64,000 nucleotides of DNA from an uncultured Clostridia bacterium (GCA_947165785.1 CAMVBS010000003.1:12656-76655); one strand, 5' to 3'; shown: positions 1 through 10,695, counted from the first letter of the stretch. Notes: generated by a model from the letters alone, not told the origin. Numbers and translations are program-made.

Positions 1-498
1 AGAGCAGGCGTAGGACATCTGGTGATCGCAGACTTTGACAGCGTGGATATGACTAATCTTAACAGACAGCAATATAAGGTAAGTCAGCTCGGAACCAAAA
101 AGACCGAAGCAATCAAAGCCAATCTTCTGGAGATCTCACCTTACCTTAAGATCGACGCTTATGACGTTAAGGTAAATGAAGATAACATTTTCGAGATCTG
201 CAAAGATGCCGATGTGATCTGTGAGGCATTCGACAAGGCAGAAAACAAAGCGATGCTCGTTAATTATGTTCTCGAGAACATGCCGGATAAATACATCGTA
301 TCCGCTTCGGGAATGGCAGGGTTCGGAAGCATGAACGAGATAAAGACACGTAAGATAACCGACAGGTTCTTTCTGTGCGGAGACGGAAAAAGCGACGTCA
401 ACGACGGCATCGGACTTGTATCGGCGAGAGTAATGGGCTGCGCAGCCCATGAGGCACATACAATATTAAGGATATTAACAGGAGAAACACATGAATGA
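1..498 (+). CDS. thiF: ThiF-type ThiS adenylyltransferase (E1-like), 5' end cut by window edge
   Basis: The frame is open from nt 1 ([13 protein letters not shown]...). It has an E1/ThiF core motif ([13 protein letters not shown]) and lies directly upstream of thiG, thiH and thiE. Confidence 0.8.
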   Translation, partial: RAGVGHLVIADFDSVDMTNLNRQQYKVSQLGTKKTEAIKANLLEISPYLKIDAYDVKVNEDNIFEICKDADVICEAFDKAENKAMLVNYVLENMPDKYIVSASGMAGFGSMNEIKTRKITDRFFLCGDGKSDVNDGIGLVSARVMGCAAHEAHTILRILTGETHE

Positions 499-1261
499 CG
501 ATAAACTTATAATCGGCGGCAAGGAATTCACATCAAGATTCATCCTCGGCTCGGGTAAATATTCCATCAAGCTCATCGAAGCTGCAGTTAAGGATGCAGG
601 TGCTCAGATGGTAACGGTAGCCGTTCGCCGCGCTAACACAACAGAGAAAGAAAACATCATAGACTACATCCCTAAGGATGTTACACTGATCCCGAACACC
701 AGCGGTGCAAGATCGGCAGAAGAAGCCGTAAGGATCGCACGACTTGCACGTGAGCTCGGATGCGGCAACTTCGTAAAGATCGAGATCATGAAGGATACCA
801 AATATCTCCTCCCTGATAACTATGAGACCATCAAGGCAACTGAGATACTTGCCAATGAAGGCTTTGTCGTAATGCCTTATATGTATCCGGATCTTAATGT
901 TGCAAGGACTCTTAAGGATGCAGGTGCGGCAACCATCATGCCGCTCGGTGCTCCTATCGGTTCCAACTGCGGACTTGCAACAAAGACATTCATCCAGATC
1001 CTCATCGACGAGATCGATCTTCCTGTCATCGTAGATGCAGGTATCGGTAAGCCTTCACAGGCATGTGAGGCAATGGAGATGGGTGCAGCTGCCATCATGG
1101 CAAACACGGCTCTTGCAACTGCAGGAGATCTGACACTCATGGCTTCTGCATTTAAGGATGCGATCAACGCAGGACGTAAGGCATATCTTGCAGGCCTTGG
1201 AAGAGTACTTACAAGAGGCGCTTCCGCTTCTGACCCGCTCACGGGATTCCTCAGGAATTAA
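491..1261 (+). CDS. thiG: Thiazole synthase ThiG
   Basis: 256 aa with ThiG TIM-barrel hallmarks ([25 protein letters not shown]). It overlaps the thiF end by 8 nt. Confidence 0.93.
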   Translation: MNDDKLIIGGKEFTSRFILGSGKYSIKLIEAAVKDAGAQMVTVAVRRANTTEKENIIDYIPKDVTLIPNTSGARSAEEAVRIARLARELGCGNFVKIEIMKDTKYLLPDNYETIKATEILANEGFVVMPYMYPDLNVARTLKDAGAATIMPLGAPIGSNCGLATKTFIQILIDEIDLPVIVDAGIGKPSQACEAMEMGAAAIMANTALATAGDLTLMASAFKDAINAGRKAYLAGLGRVLTRGASASDPLTGFLRN

Positions 1262-1273
1262 GAGGCGTTCAAG

Positions 1274-2524
1274 ATGGAAAACAACTATTTTATCGATTCT
1301 GAATTCTTATCCAAAGAAGCACTCGAGCGCAAGCATCGTCTCGAGAACGATCCGTCATCCAGGACCAACCATATGGAATATATGGAAGGAATGGAGAAGA
1401 TCGATTCTGACATCTGCTCCAAGGTCATTTCCCAGATGGATTCATATGACTACAGCAAATATACGTGCAGAGACGTCATGGCAGCTCTCGAGCATGAGAC
1501 ATGCACCATAGAAGACTTTAAGGCTCTCCTCTCACCTGCTGCCGAGCCGTTCCTAGAGAAGATGGCTGAAAAGGCAAGACTTGAGACATCGAAGCACTTC
1601 GGAAATACTGTCTATATATTCACGCCGCTCTATATAGCGAACTACTGTGAGAACTACTGCGTTTACTGCGGTTTCAACTGCTATAACCACATAAGGCGCA
1701 TGAAGCTCAACATGGAGCAGATCGAGCACGAGATGAAGGTCATCGCCGAAAGCGGCATGGAGGAGATCTTGATCCTCACGGGTGAAAGCCGCGCTCAAAG
1801 CGATGTCAAATACATCGGAGAAGCATGTAAGCTCGCCCGCAAATACTTCCGTCTCGTAGGTCTTGAAGTATATCCGGTAAACACTGACGAATATAAGTAT
1901 CTTCACGAATGCGGTGCTGACTATGTCACCGTCTTCCAGGAGACCTACGACAGAGAAAAGTATGAAAAGCTCCATCTCATGGGTCATAAGCGCGTATGGC
2001 CATACAGGTTCGACGCTCAGGAAAGAGCACTCATGGGAGGTATGAGAGGCGTTGCTTTCTCTGCCCTTCTCGGCCTGTCGGACTTCCGTAAGGATGCACT
2101 CGCAAGTGCCCTTCACGTTTACTATCTGCAGCGTAAATATCCTCATGCAGAGATGTCGCTTTCATGCCCGAGACTTAGACCAATCATCAATAATGACAAG
2201 ATCGATCCACTGGACGTTCACGAGACTCAGCTTTGCCAGGTACTTTGCGCCTACAGGATCTTCCTTCCGTTTGTCGGAATAACGGTCTCATCCAGAGAAA
2301 GCGCCAAATTCCGTAACGGCATCGTCAAGATCGCCGCTACCAAGGTATCCGCAGGTGTCTCTACGGGCATCGGCGACCATGAGAGCAAATACGAAGGAAA
2401 GGAGTCCGACAAGGTTGGCGACGAGCAGTTTGAGATCGAAGATTCGAGAAGCCTTAAGTCTATGTATAACGATATAACGGACGAAGGCCTGCAGCCTGTC
2501 TTGAACGATTACCTTTATGTCTGA
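1274..2524 (+). CDS. thiH: 2-iminoacetate synthase (tyrosine lyase) ThiH, radical SAM
   Basis: Radical-SAM CxxxCxxC motif (CENYCVYCGF), then ILILTGESR. SD AAGAGG lies 8 nt upstream. The N-terminus appears about 50 aa longer than the ThiH sequences I recall. Confidence 0.9.
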   Translation: MENNYFIDSEFLSKEALERKHRLENDPSSRTNHMEYMEGMEKIDSDICSKVISQMDSYDYSKYTCRDVMAALEHETCTIEDFKALLSPAAEPFLEKMAEKARLETSKHFGNTVYIFTPLYIANYCENYCVYCGFNCYNHIRRMKLNMEQIEHEMKVIAESGMEEILILTGESRAQSDVKYIGEACKLARKYFRLVGLEVYPVNTDEYKYLHECGADYVTVFQETYDREKYEKLHLMGHKRVWPYRFDAQERALMGGMRGVAFSALLGLSDFRKDALASALHVYYLQRKYPHAEMSLSCPRLRPIINNDKIDPLDVHETQLCQVLCAYRIFLPFVGITVSSRESAKFRNGIVKIAATKVSAGVSTGIGDHESKYEGKESDKVGDEQFEIEDSRSLKSMYNDITDEGLQPVLNDYLYV

Positions 2525-3068
2525 TATCATCTGCGTCACAAACCGTAAGCTCGTCGAAGGGAGTTTCCTTCAAAGGATAGAGGAGATCTGCAAATGCGAT
2601 CCCCGCGCCATCATCCTTCGCGAAAAGGATCTTCCGGAGGATGAATACATGAAGCTTGCTTCTGACGTTAAGAGCATCTGCGACGGCTACGGCGTTACCT
2701 TCATATCGAACACCTATGCTTTCGGAGAAAATATCCATCTTCCTTTGAATATCTTTTCTCGAAAAAATGGTAAGATGTTCGGGACGTCCGTCCACTCAGT
2801 GGAAGACGCCTTGAAAGCTTACGAGCTTGGAGCAGATTATGTACTCGCTGGACACGTTTTCGAGACGGATTGTAAGAAGGGGCTTCCCGGAAGAGGCCTC
2901 GAGTTCATTAGAAACGTGTCGGACGCCATATCGATACCCGTCTATGCGATAGGAGGTATCACGCCCGATAACTATAAGGATGTAATAGCATCGGGAGCAA
3001 AGGGCGCAGCCATAATGAGCAGCGCTATGACATGCAAAAACGTTCGGGATTACTTCTCGGCTTTTTGA
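2517..3068 (+). CDS. thiE: Thiamine-phosphate synthase family protein (ThiE/TenI type)
   Basis: 183 aa TIM-barrel with ThiE/TenI-like segments (VHSVEDALKAYELGADYVLAGHVF, VYAIGGI). It overlaps thiH by 8 nt. I cannot tell ThiE from TenI by eye. Confidence 0.65.
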   Translation: MSDIICVTNRKLVEGSFLQRIEEICKCDPRAIILREKDLPEDEYMKLASDVKSICDGYGVTFISNTYAFGENIHLPLNIFSRKNGKMFGTSVHSVEDALKAYELGADYVLAGHVFETDCKKGLPGRGLEFIRNVSDAISIPVYAIGGITPDNYKDVIASGAKGAAIMSSAMTCKNVRDYFSAF

Positions 3069-3132
3069 TATACGGCGGCACACCGGGGGCACCACCTTGT
3101 GTCGCATAAGAAAACATAATGCGGAGGAAACT

Positions 3133-3243
3133 ATGGAAGCATTATTGATCGGGAAATATCCCGAAGGCGCCGGAACCTCTTATGATACGGGTCCCGTGCG
3201 TCATATTGACAAGAATCTATATTACGGAGGTAAAGTATCATGA
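3133..3243 (+). CDS. Candidate 36-codon upstream ORF ([36 protein letters not shown]) coupled to thiC
   Basis: ATG at 3133 is preceded by GGAGG (3123-3127). Its TGA (3241-3243) overlaps the thiC ATG (3240-3242). It is below the ORF-track length cutoff, and I can judge no homology. Confidence 0.2.
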   Translation: MEALLIGKYPEGAGTSYDTGPVRHIDKNLYYGGKVS

Positions 3244-4544
3244 GAGAATACACAACACAGATGGACGCCGCTAAGCGCGGTATCATCACGCCTGAGATGA
3301 AGGCAGTCGCAAAGAAGGAGTACAGGACCGAGGAAGAGATCAGAGATCTCGTAGCAAAAGGTCAGGTCGCTATCTGCGCCAACAAGCTCCACACATGCAT
3401 CGACCCTAACGGAGTCGGTTCCATGTTAAAGACAAAGATCAACGTTAACCTCGGTGTTTCCCGTGACTGTAAGGACTACGACATCGAGATGAAGAAAGTC
3501 ATGGCAGCTGTAGAGATGGGTGCAGAAGCTATCATGGACCTCTCATCCCACGGAAACACTCAGCCGTTCAGACAAAAGCTCACATCCGAGTGTCCTGCCA
3601 TGATCGGTACGGTTCCTGTATATGACAGCGTCATCCACTATCAAAGAGATCTTGCAACACTTACGGCAAAAGACCTTATCGACGTTGTAAGACTTCACGC
3701 TCAGGATGGTGTAGACTTCGTTACACTTCACTGCGGTATCACAAGAAAGACCATAGAGCAGATCAAGAAGCACAAGAGAAAGATGAACATCGTTTCCCGT
3801 GGCGGTTCCCTCATCTTCGCATGGATGTGCATGACAGGAGAAGAGAATCCTTTCTATGAGTATTACGATGAGATCCTGGACATCTGCCGCGAATATGACG
3901 TAACTATCTCCCTCGGTGACGCTTGCCGTCCGGGCTGCCTCGCAGACTCGACTGACGTATGCCAGATCGAAGAGCTCGTAAGACTTGCAGAGCTTACAAA
4001 GCGTGCATGGGCAAAGGACGTTCAGGTAATGATCGAAGGTCCTGGACACATGGCTATGGACGAGATCGAAGCAAACATGAAGATCCAGCAGAAGATGTGC
4101 ATGGGTGCACCTTTCTATGTTCTCGGACCTCTCGTAACGGATATCGCTCCGGGTTATGACCACATTACTTCCGCTATCGGCGGTGCCATAGCAGCAGCTT
4201 CAGGTGCAGCTTTCCTTTGCTACGTTACTCCTGCCGAGCACCTGGCTCTTCCTAATGTCGACGATGTTAAGCAGGGTATCATCGCTTCAAGGATCGCAGC
4301 TCATGCAGCCGATATCGCGAAGAAGATCCCTCACGCAAGAGACCTCGATGACCAGATGGCTGAAGCAAGAAGAACATTCGACTGGGATAAGCAGTGGGAG
4401 CTCTCCATCGATCCTGAGACAGCAAAGGCTATCCGTGACGACCGTGCTCCTGAGCATGATGACACTTGTTCCATGTGCGGTAAGTTCTGTGCCGTAAGAA
4501 GCATGAACAAGGCACTTAACGGCGAATATATCGATATTCTCTGA
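3240..4544 (+). CDS. thiC: Phosphomethylpyrimidine synthase ThiC
   Basis: 434 aa with ThiC-typical blocks ([27 protein letters not shown]) and the C-terminal Fe-S motif [15 protein letters not shown] lies upstream. Confidence 0.95.
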   Translation: MREYTTQMDAAKRGIITPEMKAVAKKEYRTEEEIRDLVAKGQVAICANKLHTCIDPNGVGSMLKTKINVNLGVSRDCKDYDIEMKKVMAAVEMGAEAIMDLSSHGNTQPFRQKLTSECPAMIGTVPVYDSVIHYQRDLATLTAKDLIDVVRLHAQDGVDFVTLHCGITRKTIEQIKKHKRKMNIVSRGGSLIFAWMCMTGEENPFYEYYDEILDICREYDVTISLGDACRPGCLADSTDVCQIEELVRLAELTKRAWAKDVQVMIEGPGHMAMDEIEANMKIQQKMCMGAPFYVLGPLVTDIAPGYDHITSAIGGAIAAASGAAFLCYVTPAEHLALPNVDDVKQGIIASRIAAHAADIAKKIPHARDLDDQMAEARRTFDWDKQWELSIDPETAKAIRDDRAPEHDDTCSMCGKFCAVRSMNKALNGEYIDIL

Positions 4545-4571
4545 TAAGACAGATCATTAAGATAACCATAG

Positions 4572-4613
4572 CCGTTCACCTTGGATCTCCTTCAAGGTGA
4601 ACGGTTCTTTTTT
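4572..4613 (+). terminator. Intrinsic terminator after thiC
   Basis: A perfect 12-bp stem (ccgttcaccttg 4572-4583 with caaggtgaacgg 4593-4604) is followed by ttcttttttg. Confidence 0.85.
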
Positions 4614-4753
4614 GATTCTTTGATACCGCCCGACAGCAAAATCTGCAGATTTTCTGCCGATTTTTGCACTTTAATGCAACCTTCGATTCTGTTATCATAT
4701 CCCTGTATTATTATTAAAATGAGAAATCAAATGGAATGCAGAGGTTTTTACAA

Positions 4754-6565
4754 ATGAAGATCTGGAACAAGTTTTTAACTCTTTTATTGTCAGTAGTCTT
4801 CCTCTTGGCTGTAGTTCCTTCAAGGGATACGAGAGCGGATGATGCTAATTTCTGGAACAGCCTGTCGACCAGGTACTACTATGAGAGGCTCAATGCCGAT
4901 CAGCAGGCGCTTTACAATTCACTTTCCAACAAGTGCTACAGCATCCTTAACGGATCAGAGACCGATCCTGATCTCAAGATCGATGTTTCGAATCTTGACT
5001 TAAGCGCTAGGGAGATCTCCGACATATTGGTATTTTTTGAGTCGGATAATCCACAGTACTATTTCATGATCCCAAGCTTTTCATATTACAAGAACAGGCT
5101 TACCGGAAAAGTGGTTGCCATCACCAACTACATGTATGACGAATTCGCAGACGGCTCCTACCGTTCTTCAACAACGAATTCTCTTAAGAATACGATCAAC
5201 AGCTGGACGAGTGCTATCGCACAGAAAGCCGCTTCGGCATATGATGTAGACATAGAGACGGCTGCTGCTGATTATCTGTGCTCCAAGACTGTTTATGATC
5301 TTAACGCACAGTTCGACCAGTCACCTGTAAGCGCAATGCTCAACGGAAGGACTGTCTGTGCCGGCTATTCGAGGACTTTTGCACTCCTCATGAACTATTT
5401 CAATATCAATACCGTATGCGTAGCATCGGAAAACCACATGTGGAACGTAATAAACCTCCACGGTTACTGGTATTGCCTTGATCTGACAAACGATGACAGG
5501 GGCAGCCGTGCGGGTCACGACATCTATAACGTTACATACGCCAATATGTCAAGGCTTTCCAGTGACTATACTTCGATCACCGATCTTCAGAGACGTCTTA
5601 TGCCTTCGACAGATTATCAGAACGGATTACTTATCAAGCAAGCAGGCGGAGCTTACTTCAATTACGGCGGAAACACATACTTCGTCATTGACATTGATTC
5701 GGCTCTTTGTAAGAAGATCGCAGGTAACGGCGAGAATGTAAGTTCCATCCCGATAGCCGATGATGTAAGCATGAAGGTCGTCAATACGCCTCCGACCATC
5801 CACACAAGTTCCGGAAATCCGAAGGATGATATCAGAGCATTCGTTGACAGACTCTATACCGAGGTCCTCGGAAGAGATTCGGAAGAAGACGGTGCAAATT
5901 ACTGGACAAACAGGCTTTATCGCTTCGAGATAAGCGGTGCCCAGGTTGCATTCGAATTCATCTTCTCCACGGAATTCAATAACAAGAGCGTATCCGATGC
6001 CAAGTTCGTCGAGATCCTTTACAGAGCATTCTTCAACCGTGAATTTGACTATTCCGGTATGGACTACTGGGTATCCCAGCTCAACAAGGGCGTATCCAGA
6101 ATGAACGTTGCATACGGATTCATCTATTCACAGGAGTGGGCTGATATCTGTGCAACATACGGTATCGTCTCAGGTGGTACTACAACACCTAACGTCATCA
6201 TCGCTCCTTCTGAAGCTACTAACTCATTTGTTGAGCGTCTCTATACAACAGCTCTCGGAAGAACATTCGATGCTGACGGACGTAACTACTGGGCAGGCAG
6301 ACTTGCAAACTTCGACCTCACAGGTGAAGGCGCAGGCGTAGAATTCTTCTTAAGCCCTGAGTTCGCAGGATTGAACCTCAGTGATGACGAGTTCGTAGAA
6401 AGACTTTATAAGACATTCATGGATCGTGACAGCGATGCAGACGGAAAGAACTTCTGGCTGAATCAGCTCAGATCCGGCAAGTCAAGAAAAGATGTCGTAT
6501 ACGGATTCACCAGAAGCTCAGAGTTCGTCGACAGATGCGTAGAAGCAAGGATCAAGCCTTACTGA
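4754..6565 (+). CDS. Secreted transglutaminase-like cysteine peptidase domain protein with DUF4214-type repeats
   Basis: I set the start at ATG 4754 (SD AGAGG; signal-like MKIWNKFLTLLLSVVFLLAVVP). It has a Cys-His-Asp core (CAGYSRTF, HMWNVINL, DLTND). Four repeats of F[VI][DE]RLY..LGR..D..G..YW follow. Confidence 0.7.
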   Translation: MKIWNKFLTLLLSVVFLLAVVPSRDTRADDANFWNSLSTRYYYERLNADQQALYNSLSNKCYSILNGSETDPDLKIDVSNLDLSAREISDILVFFESDNPQYYFMIPSFSYYKNRLTGKVVAITNYMYDEFADGSYRSSTTNSLKNTINSWTSAIAQKAASAYDVDIETAAADYLCSKTVYDLNAQFDQSPVSAMLNGRTVCAGYSRTFALLMNYFNINTVCVASENHMWNVINLHGYWYCLDLTNDDRGSRAGHDIYNVTYANMSRLSSDYTSITDLQRRLMPSTDYQNGLLIKQAGGAYFNYGGNTYFVIDIDSALCKKIAGNGENVSSIPIADDVSMKVVNTPPTIHTSSGNPKDDIRAFVDRLYTEVLGRDSEEDGANYWTNRLYRFEISGAQVAFEFIFSTEFNNKSVSDAKFVEILYRAFFNREFDYSGMDYWVSQLNKGVSRMNVAYGFIYSQEWADICATYGIVSGGTTTPNVIIAPSEATNSFVERLYTTALGRTFDADGRNYWAGRLANFDLTGEGAGVEFFLSPEFAGLNLSDDEFVERLYKTFMDRDSDADGKNFWLNQLRSGKSRKDVVYGFTRSSEFVDRCVEARIKPY

Positions 6566-7614
6566 TCCTCGCCTTCAGCCGACTCATAAGATTCAAGTGA
6601 GTCGAGCTGATATACACGAACGTAATCAACGCGCATCTGCGCACGTTCATCAAAAACAGTAGAATCATCAGGATCTCCCGGCCAATCGCCGCCGACTGCT
6701 ACATTCAAAGTGAAGTAGAAAGCGTTGTCGAATGGGGCCGGGAATTCTTTTTCTACGCCGAGTTTCGTGGTACAGTACCAGTCGCTCGTCTCGTAGAACT
6801 TCTCCCCGTCTATATAGAAAGCGATCTTGTCAGGAAGATATTCACAGCCGTAAATATGATAGTCGGACGAGAACTTGCCGGAAGACAAAGTATAGCTGCC
6901 CTGTGAATACTCATGCGGAAGTCCGTAGTGGAGCGTTCCGAAAGTGGTATTTTCCATTCCTCCGACAACTTCCATGATATCTATCTCACCTGACAAAGGC
7001 CATCCGCCGTAAGCATTCGTAGAAGGCATCATCCAGAAAGCAGGCAGGAATCCCTGTCCTTCAGGCACCTTGATCCTGGCCTCGAAGTATCCGTACTTGA
7101 AGCTTGCCTTCATATAAGAGTTGATCCTTCCCGACGTATAGGTGACCTTCCCCTTGTCGTCTTCTTCCTTGAGAGGCTGGATAACGAGGTCACCGTTTTC
7201 GAGATATATGTTCTCAGGAGTATTTACATACTTCTGAAGCTCATTATTTACAAAGCCCTTAGGGTGAGTCTCCACAAGCCAGTTATCCTTGCTTAATTCC
7301 TCCCCGTCGAATTCATCGGACCATACGAAGTGATAACCTTCAGGTATGACCGCGTCGGAAGGTACCTCCCCGTAAGGCTCCTTGATATTCGTATATGTCG
7401 GTGCCGTACTCTCGGTAGGAGCCGTTGTCTCCTTGACCGTGGTCTCGGTCGTTGTCTCTTCCGTAGCTTCTGTCGTAGTCTCGGCGGTCTCTGTTGCTTC
7501 AGTCGTCGTATCGGAAGCTGACTCAGACGCCGTTGTCTCCGAAGTCTTCTCGGCGCAGGATGCGAGCATTGAAAGCGTAAGTACCGGAACGATTATCCAC
7601 TTGAGTTTTTTCAT
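6559..7614 (-). CDS. GH16 beta-glucanase (laminarinase/licheninase type) lipoprotein
   Basis: Lipobox LSMLASC, a T/E-rich linker, and the GH16 catalytic motif E-I-D-I-M-E (GEIDIMEV). Its 3' end overlaps the convergent gene by 7 nt. Confidence 0.85.
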   Translation of the reverse strand: MKKLKWIIVPVLTLSMLASCAEKTSETTASESASDTTTEATETAETTTEATEETTTETTVKETTAPTESTAPTYTNIKEPYGEVPSDAVIPEGYHFVWSDEFDGEELSKDNWLVETHPKGFVNNELQKYVNTPENIYLENGDLVIQPLKEEDDKGKVTYTSGRINSYMKASFKYGYFEARIKVPEGQGFLPAFWMMPSTNAYGGWPLSGEIDIMEVVGGMENTTFGTLHYGLPHEYSQGSYTLSSGKFSSDYHIYGCEYLPDKIAFYIDGEKFYETSDWYCTTKLGVEKEFPAPFDNAFYFTLNVAVGGDWPGDPDDSTVFDERAQMRVDYVRVYQLDSLESYESAEGEDQ

Positions 7615-9512
7615 AGGTTGTCTCCTCTTTTATCCTTGTAGGCATTCTTGTATTTTGTCAGAGGCAATGATAACTGACTTTCATACCTCTCGAAAACGTT
7701 CACGACCAGTGCTCTCGTTTCTCCCTGATAGCCGTCCACCAGAACATAATCTCCAATCTGAACCGTCTTATCATCGCAAAGATAATCATAGGTCCTTCTG
7801 GAGTGTTCAAACTTGACTGCTACAAATCTGTATTTCTTTCCTTTTTTTGCCTTGGTTCCCGGGGGCGTAGGAGCACTTACCGTATACTTATCGGTCTTGA
7901 TCCTGCCCATCGGCATGTCATCCATCAAAAACGTCGTAACGCCTGTGGCTACGTCATATGTAACATTGTTAAATATGATCTTCTCGGAATGTCCGTAGAT
8001 CTCATAGGAGCTTTGAGGCGCTGTTCTGACCATGAGCTTGGACTTCAGTGAACAGTAGTCTGCCTGAGGTATGACCACAAGTATCTTCGGCGGCTCATCC
8101 TTGTCCTTATAGCACTTCAAAGGGGTTGCCTCGAGAAGAAGTGAACCGTCCGGGAACGGTGCGATCCTGATCATCGCCTTCCTCGGACCGATACCGAGCC
8201 ATAATGCCCACGAAGGTCTTACGAATTCAGCCTTACTGTCGTGGACCTTATACCTGTCCCTTACCTTCTCCATTTCCTTTTGAACGGAACTGTAGACTAC
8301 CGTGTCACCGTAATGAGCATTCTCCTTTATCCTCTTGGAGATCGCATATTCAGCCTGAAGATAGTATGCATACGCGGTCTCGAGATCTTCCTCACAGCCG
8401 ATGCCGTAGTGGTAACAGTTACCCATTCGAAGCGCTGCATCCGCGAAGTTATTGTCATACTTCTCATATCTGAAAAGATCGAAATTCTGATTATAGACCT
8501 GCCAGTACAGTTCATTGGCGATCTTGTCGTTTTGGGCCACACAAAGGCCCCTGTTGAACATATCGCCGAGCTTGAAGGTACTTTCATAGTATCCGCCCGC
8601 GTAACCGATACTGAAGTATTTGAACGCCTCATCGTACTGCGGGACACCGTTATTGCAACGTCCGTAATAGTAGATATATCCGAGAGTATTGGCCGCTTGT
8701 GCAGAACCAGTCATCGCATAGTATTTATGGAAAGCTTCCCTCGCCTTGTAAAAATCCTGACGATAGAGCTTGTTACCCGAATAGTAGCAATAACCCCTTG
8801 TCTTTATGGCCTCGGGATCATCCTTGGCACAGAGCTGTTCAAGGGCGAACTTGTATTTCTTCATGGAAGCTTCGCTTTCCTTGCAGATCTCATCAGCATC
8901 AGTTTTGGCAAGGAGCTTACCGTACACTTCATCTGCTATGATCCCCTCATTAAGGAAATCCTCGAGCACCGTTTCATTGTATTCTATAAGAGATATAAGA
9001 CTTGAAAGGTCGACCGTATGAGGCGATTCAAGAAGATTGGAAAGGATATGCGAAGAAAACTCACAGACATATTCCAATATGTCGTTCTCATCAAAATGAT
9101 CGCTCTCCTCGGGAAAATCCATGATGTCATAATAGAAACTGCAAAGACCGTGATAGTAACACGCAATGGCATCGAGATCCGGAGCTACCAGGATGCTCTT
9201 TATGCCTCCCAGAAGGTCCTTTGCCTTAAGTTTATATCTGCTCTTTGGTGAGATATCACCAAGGATGCATGAACCTTCAGTCAGAGCACGAAGATCGATC
9301 TGACCGCTGATGAGGGACTTGACCTTCGTTCCGCTGATCTCTTTTACCTTAAGGAACTTAAGATCATCCTCAGGCAAGTCAAATACGTCAGGGAAAAGGA
9401 AATTTCTGTCTCTTAACACGACTTTCCATGAATCGCCGTTTTTCTGGACCGCAACTCCGATCCTGCCTGATGACAGGATCTTGACGGCACTGCCGCTCAT
9501 CGGATCATTCAT
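7611..9512 (-). CDS. Cytoplasmic Sel1/TPR-like repeat protein with unique N- and C-terminal domains
   Basis: Sel1-like repeats (ANTLGYIYYYG, FKLGDMFNRG, ALRMGNCYHYGIGCEEDLETAYAYY) and no signal peptide. Its stop overlaps the GH16 start (ATGA). Confidence 0.65.
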   Translation of the reverse strand: MNDPMSGSAVKILSSGRIGVAVQKNGDSWKVVLRDRNFLFPDVFDLPEDDLKFLKVKEISGTKVKSLISGQIDLRALTEGSCILGDISPKSRYKLKAKDLLGGIKSILVAPDLDAIACYYHGLCSFYYDIMDFPEESDHFDENDILEYVCEFSSHILSNLLESPHTVDLSSLISLIEYNETVLEDFLNEGIIADEVYGKLLAKTDADEICKESEASMKKYKFALEQLCAKDDPEAIKTRGYCYYSGNKLYRQDFYKAREAFHKYYAMTGSAQAANTLGYIYYYGRCNNGVPQYDEAFKYFSIGYAGGYYESTFKLGDMFNRGLCVAQNDKIANELYWQVYNQNFDLFRYEKYDNNFADAALRMGNCYHYGIGCEEDLETAYAYYLQAEYAISKRIKENAHYGDTVVYSSVQKEMEKVRDRYKVHDSKAEFVRPSWALWLGIGPRKAMIRIAPFPDGSLLLEATPLKCYKDKDEPPKILVVIPQADYCSLKSKLMVRTAPQSSYEIYGHSEKIIFNNVTYDVATGVTTFLMDDMPMGRIKTDKYTVSAPTPPGTKAKKGKKYRFVAVKFEHSRRTYDYLCDDKTVQIGDYVLVDGYQGETRALVVNVFERYESQLSLPLTKYKNAYKDKRGDNL

Positions 9513-9612
9513 AATTTGCCCTCACATGATCTGCTTTAATAGGAAAATTATACCACTGTTGATATTTTTTTAGGAAATGTTAGGGTACAATACTGTTATT
9601 GGGGGTAATATT

Positions 9613-10692
9613 ATGTCAGTTTTGAAAAAAGTATTAAAGGTTCTCGCCGTGATACTTATCATCATGGTGGTCATTGTTGTTGGTTATCTTGCTTACGTAT
9701 TCATTTCCTATCACAGGATCCCGGATTATAAGGACCTTACGATAGATAAACGCGGTGAAGTCATCGAGAAGATGGAGACCGATACCACCTATTCCATAAT
9801 GTCATACAACATCGGCTTCGGTGCATATACGGCAGACTACAGTTTCTTCATGGACGGCGGCGAATATTCATGGGCAAAGTCTGAAGAAGAACTCAAGTCC
9901 AACATCAAGGGGATCGGTGAAGATATAAAGAAAGTATCACCTGATATCGTGATCTTGCAGGAAGTCGATCTGAACGGAACAAGAACTTATCACTATAACG
10001 AAGTTGAAGCACTTGAGAAGGATCTCGGATACGGAAACTACGTTTTCTCACAGAACTTCGACTCACCGTTCCTGTTCTATCCTCTTACACAGCCACACGG
10101 CAAGAATCAGTCAGGACTTCTGACCGGCTCATCCCAGTCATTCACCTCTTCACTCAGAAGAAGTCTTCCGATATCAACATCAGTAAAGAAGATCGTTGAC
10201 CTCGACCGCTGCTACTCCATCACCAGGATCCCTGTCGAAAACGGCAAGGAACTGTGCGTGTTCGATGTTCATCTGTCAGCTTACGGAAGTGACGCATCTG
10301 TTCGTGAAGGACAGCTCTCGATGCTCACATCAGATATCAAAAAGGAAGTTGAAGTCGGCAACTACGTTATCTGCGGCGGCGACTTTAACCACAACTTAAG
10401 AGGCGGAAATGACAGCGATGTTCCTGATTGGGCTCAGCCATTCCCTAAGGAGATCCTTCCTGAAGGAACACATCTCGGATTTGATGTATGTGATGACGTT
10501 GATATAGAACACAACACATGCAGAAACTCCGACATCGCTTGGATCCCGGGCACGACATTTACGGTTCTTGCAGACGGTTTCATCGTATCCGACAACGTAA
10601 AGGTCGTTAAGTATCAGTCATTGAACTGGGACTTCCAGCGCTCTGACCACGATCCTATATACATGGAGTTTGAGCTTCTTAACGAAGAATGA
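9613..10692 (+). CDS. Membrane-anchored endonuclease/exonuclease/phosphatase (EEP) family protein
   Basis: An N-terminal TM helix and EEP motifs (ILQEVD, GGDFNH, SDHDPIY). I moved the start to ATG 9613 behind GGGGG. Confidence 0.75.
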   Translation: MSVLKKVLKVLAVILIIMVVIVVGYLAYVFISYHRIPDYKDLTIDKRGEVIEKMETDTTYSIMSYNIGFGAYTADYSFFMDGGEYSWAKSEEELKSNIKGIGEDIKKVSPDIVILQEVDLNGTRTYHYNEVEALEKDLGYGNYVFSQNFDSPFLFYPLTQPHGKNQSGLLTGSSQSFTSSLRRSLPISTSVKKIVDLDRCYSITRIPVENGKELCVFDVHLSAYGSDASVREGQLSMLTSDIKKEVEVGNYVICGGDFNHNLRGGNDSDVPDWAQPFPKEILPEGTHLGFDVCDDVDIEHNTCRNSDIAWIPGTTFTVLADGFIVSDNVKVVKYQSLNWDFQRSDHDPIYMEFELLNEE

Positions 10693-10695
10693 TCT

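Noticed and set aside
7380-7560. Repetitive-looking DNA (gtctc/ggtcg/gtcgt units) that might be a tandem repeat or array.
   Set aside because: It encodes the T/E/A-rich linker of the GH16 lipoprotein (TTEATETAETTTEATEETTTETT). Similar linkers occur in the lipoprotein at 59914..61473. There is no spacer-repeat periodicity.
8241-9005. Long antisense ORFs in the track: 8241..9005, 18168..18938, 41290..41970, 32340..33032, 3543..4163 and 1553..2146.
   Set aside because: Each lies entirely opposite a gene with clear family motifs. Their sequences are low-complexity or unrecognisable and have no SD. They are most simply explained by codon bias leaving the antisense frame open.
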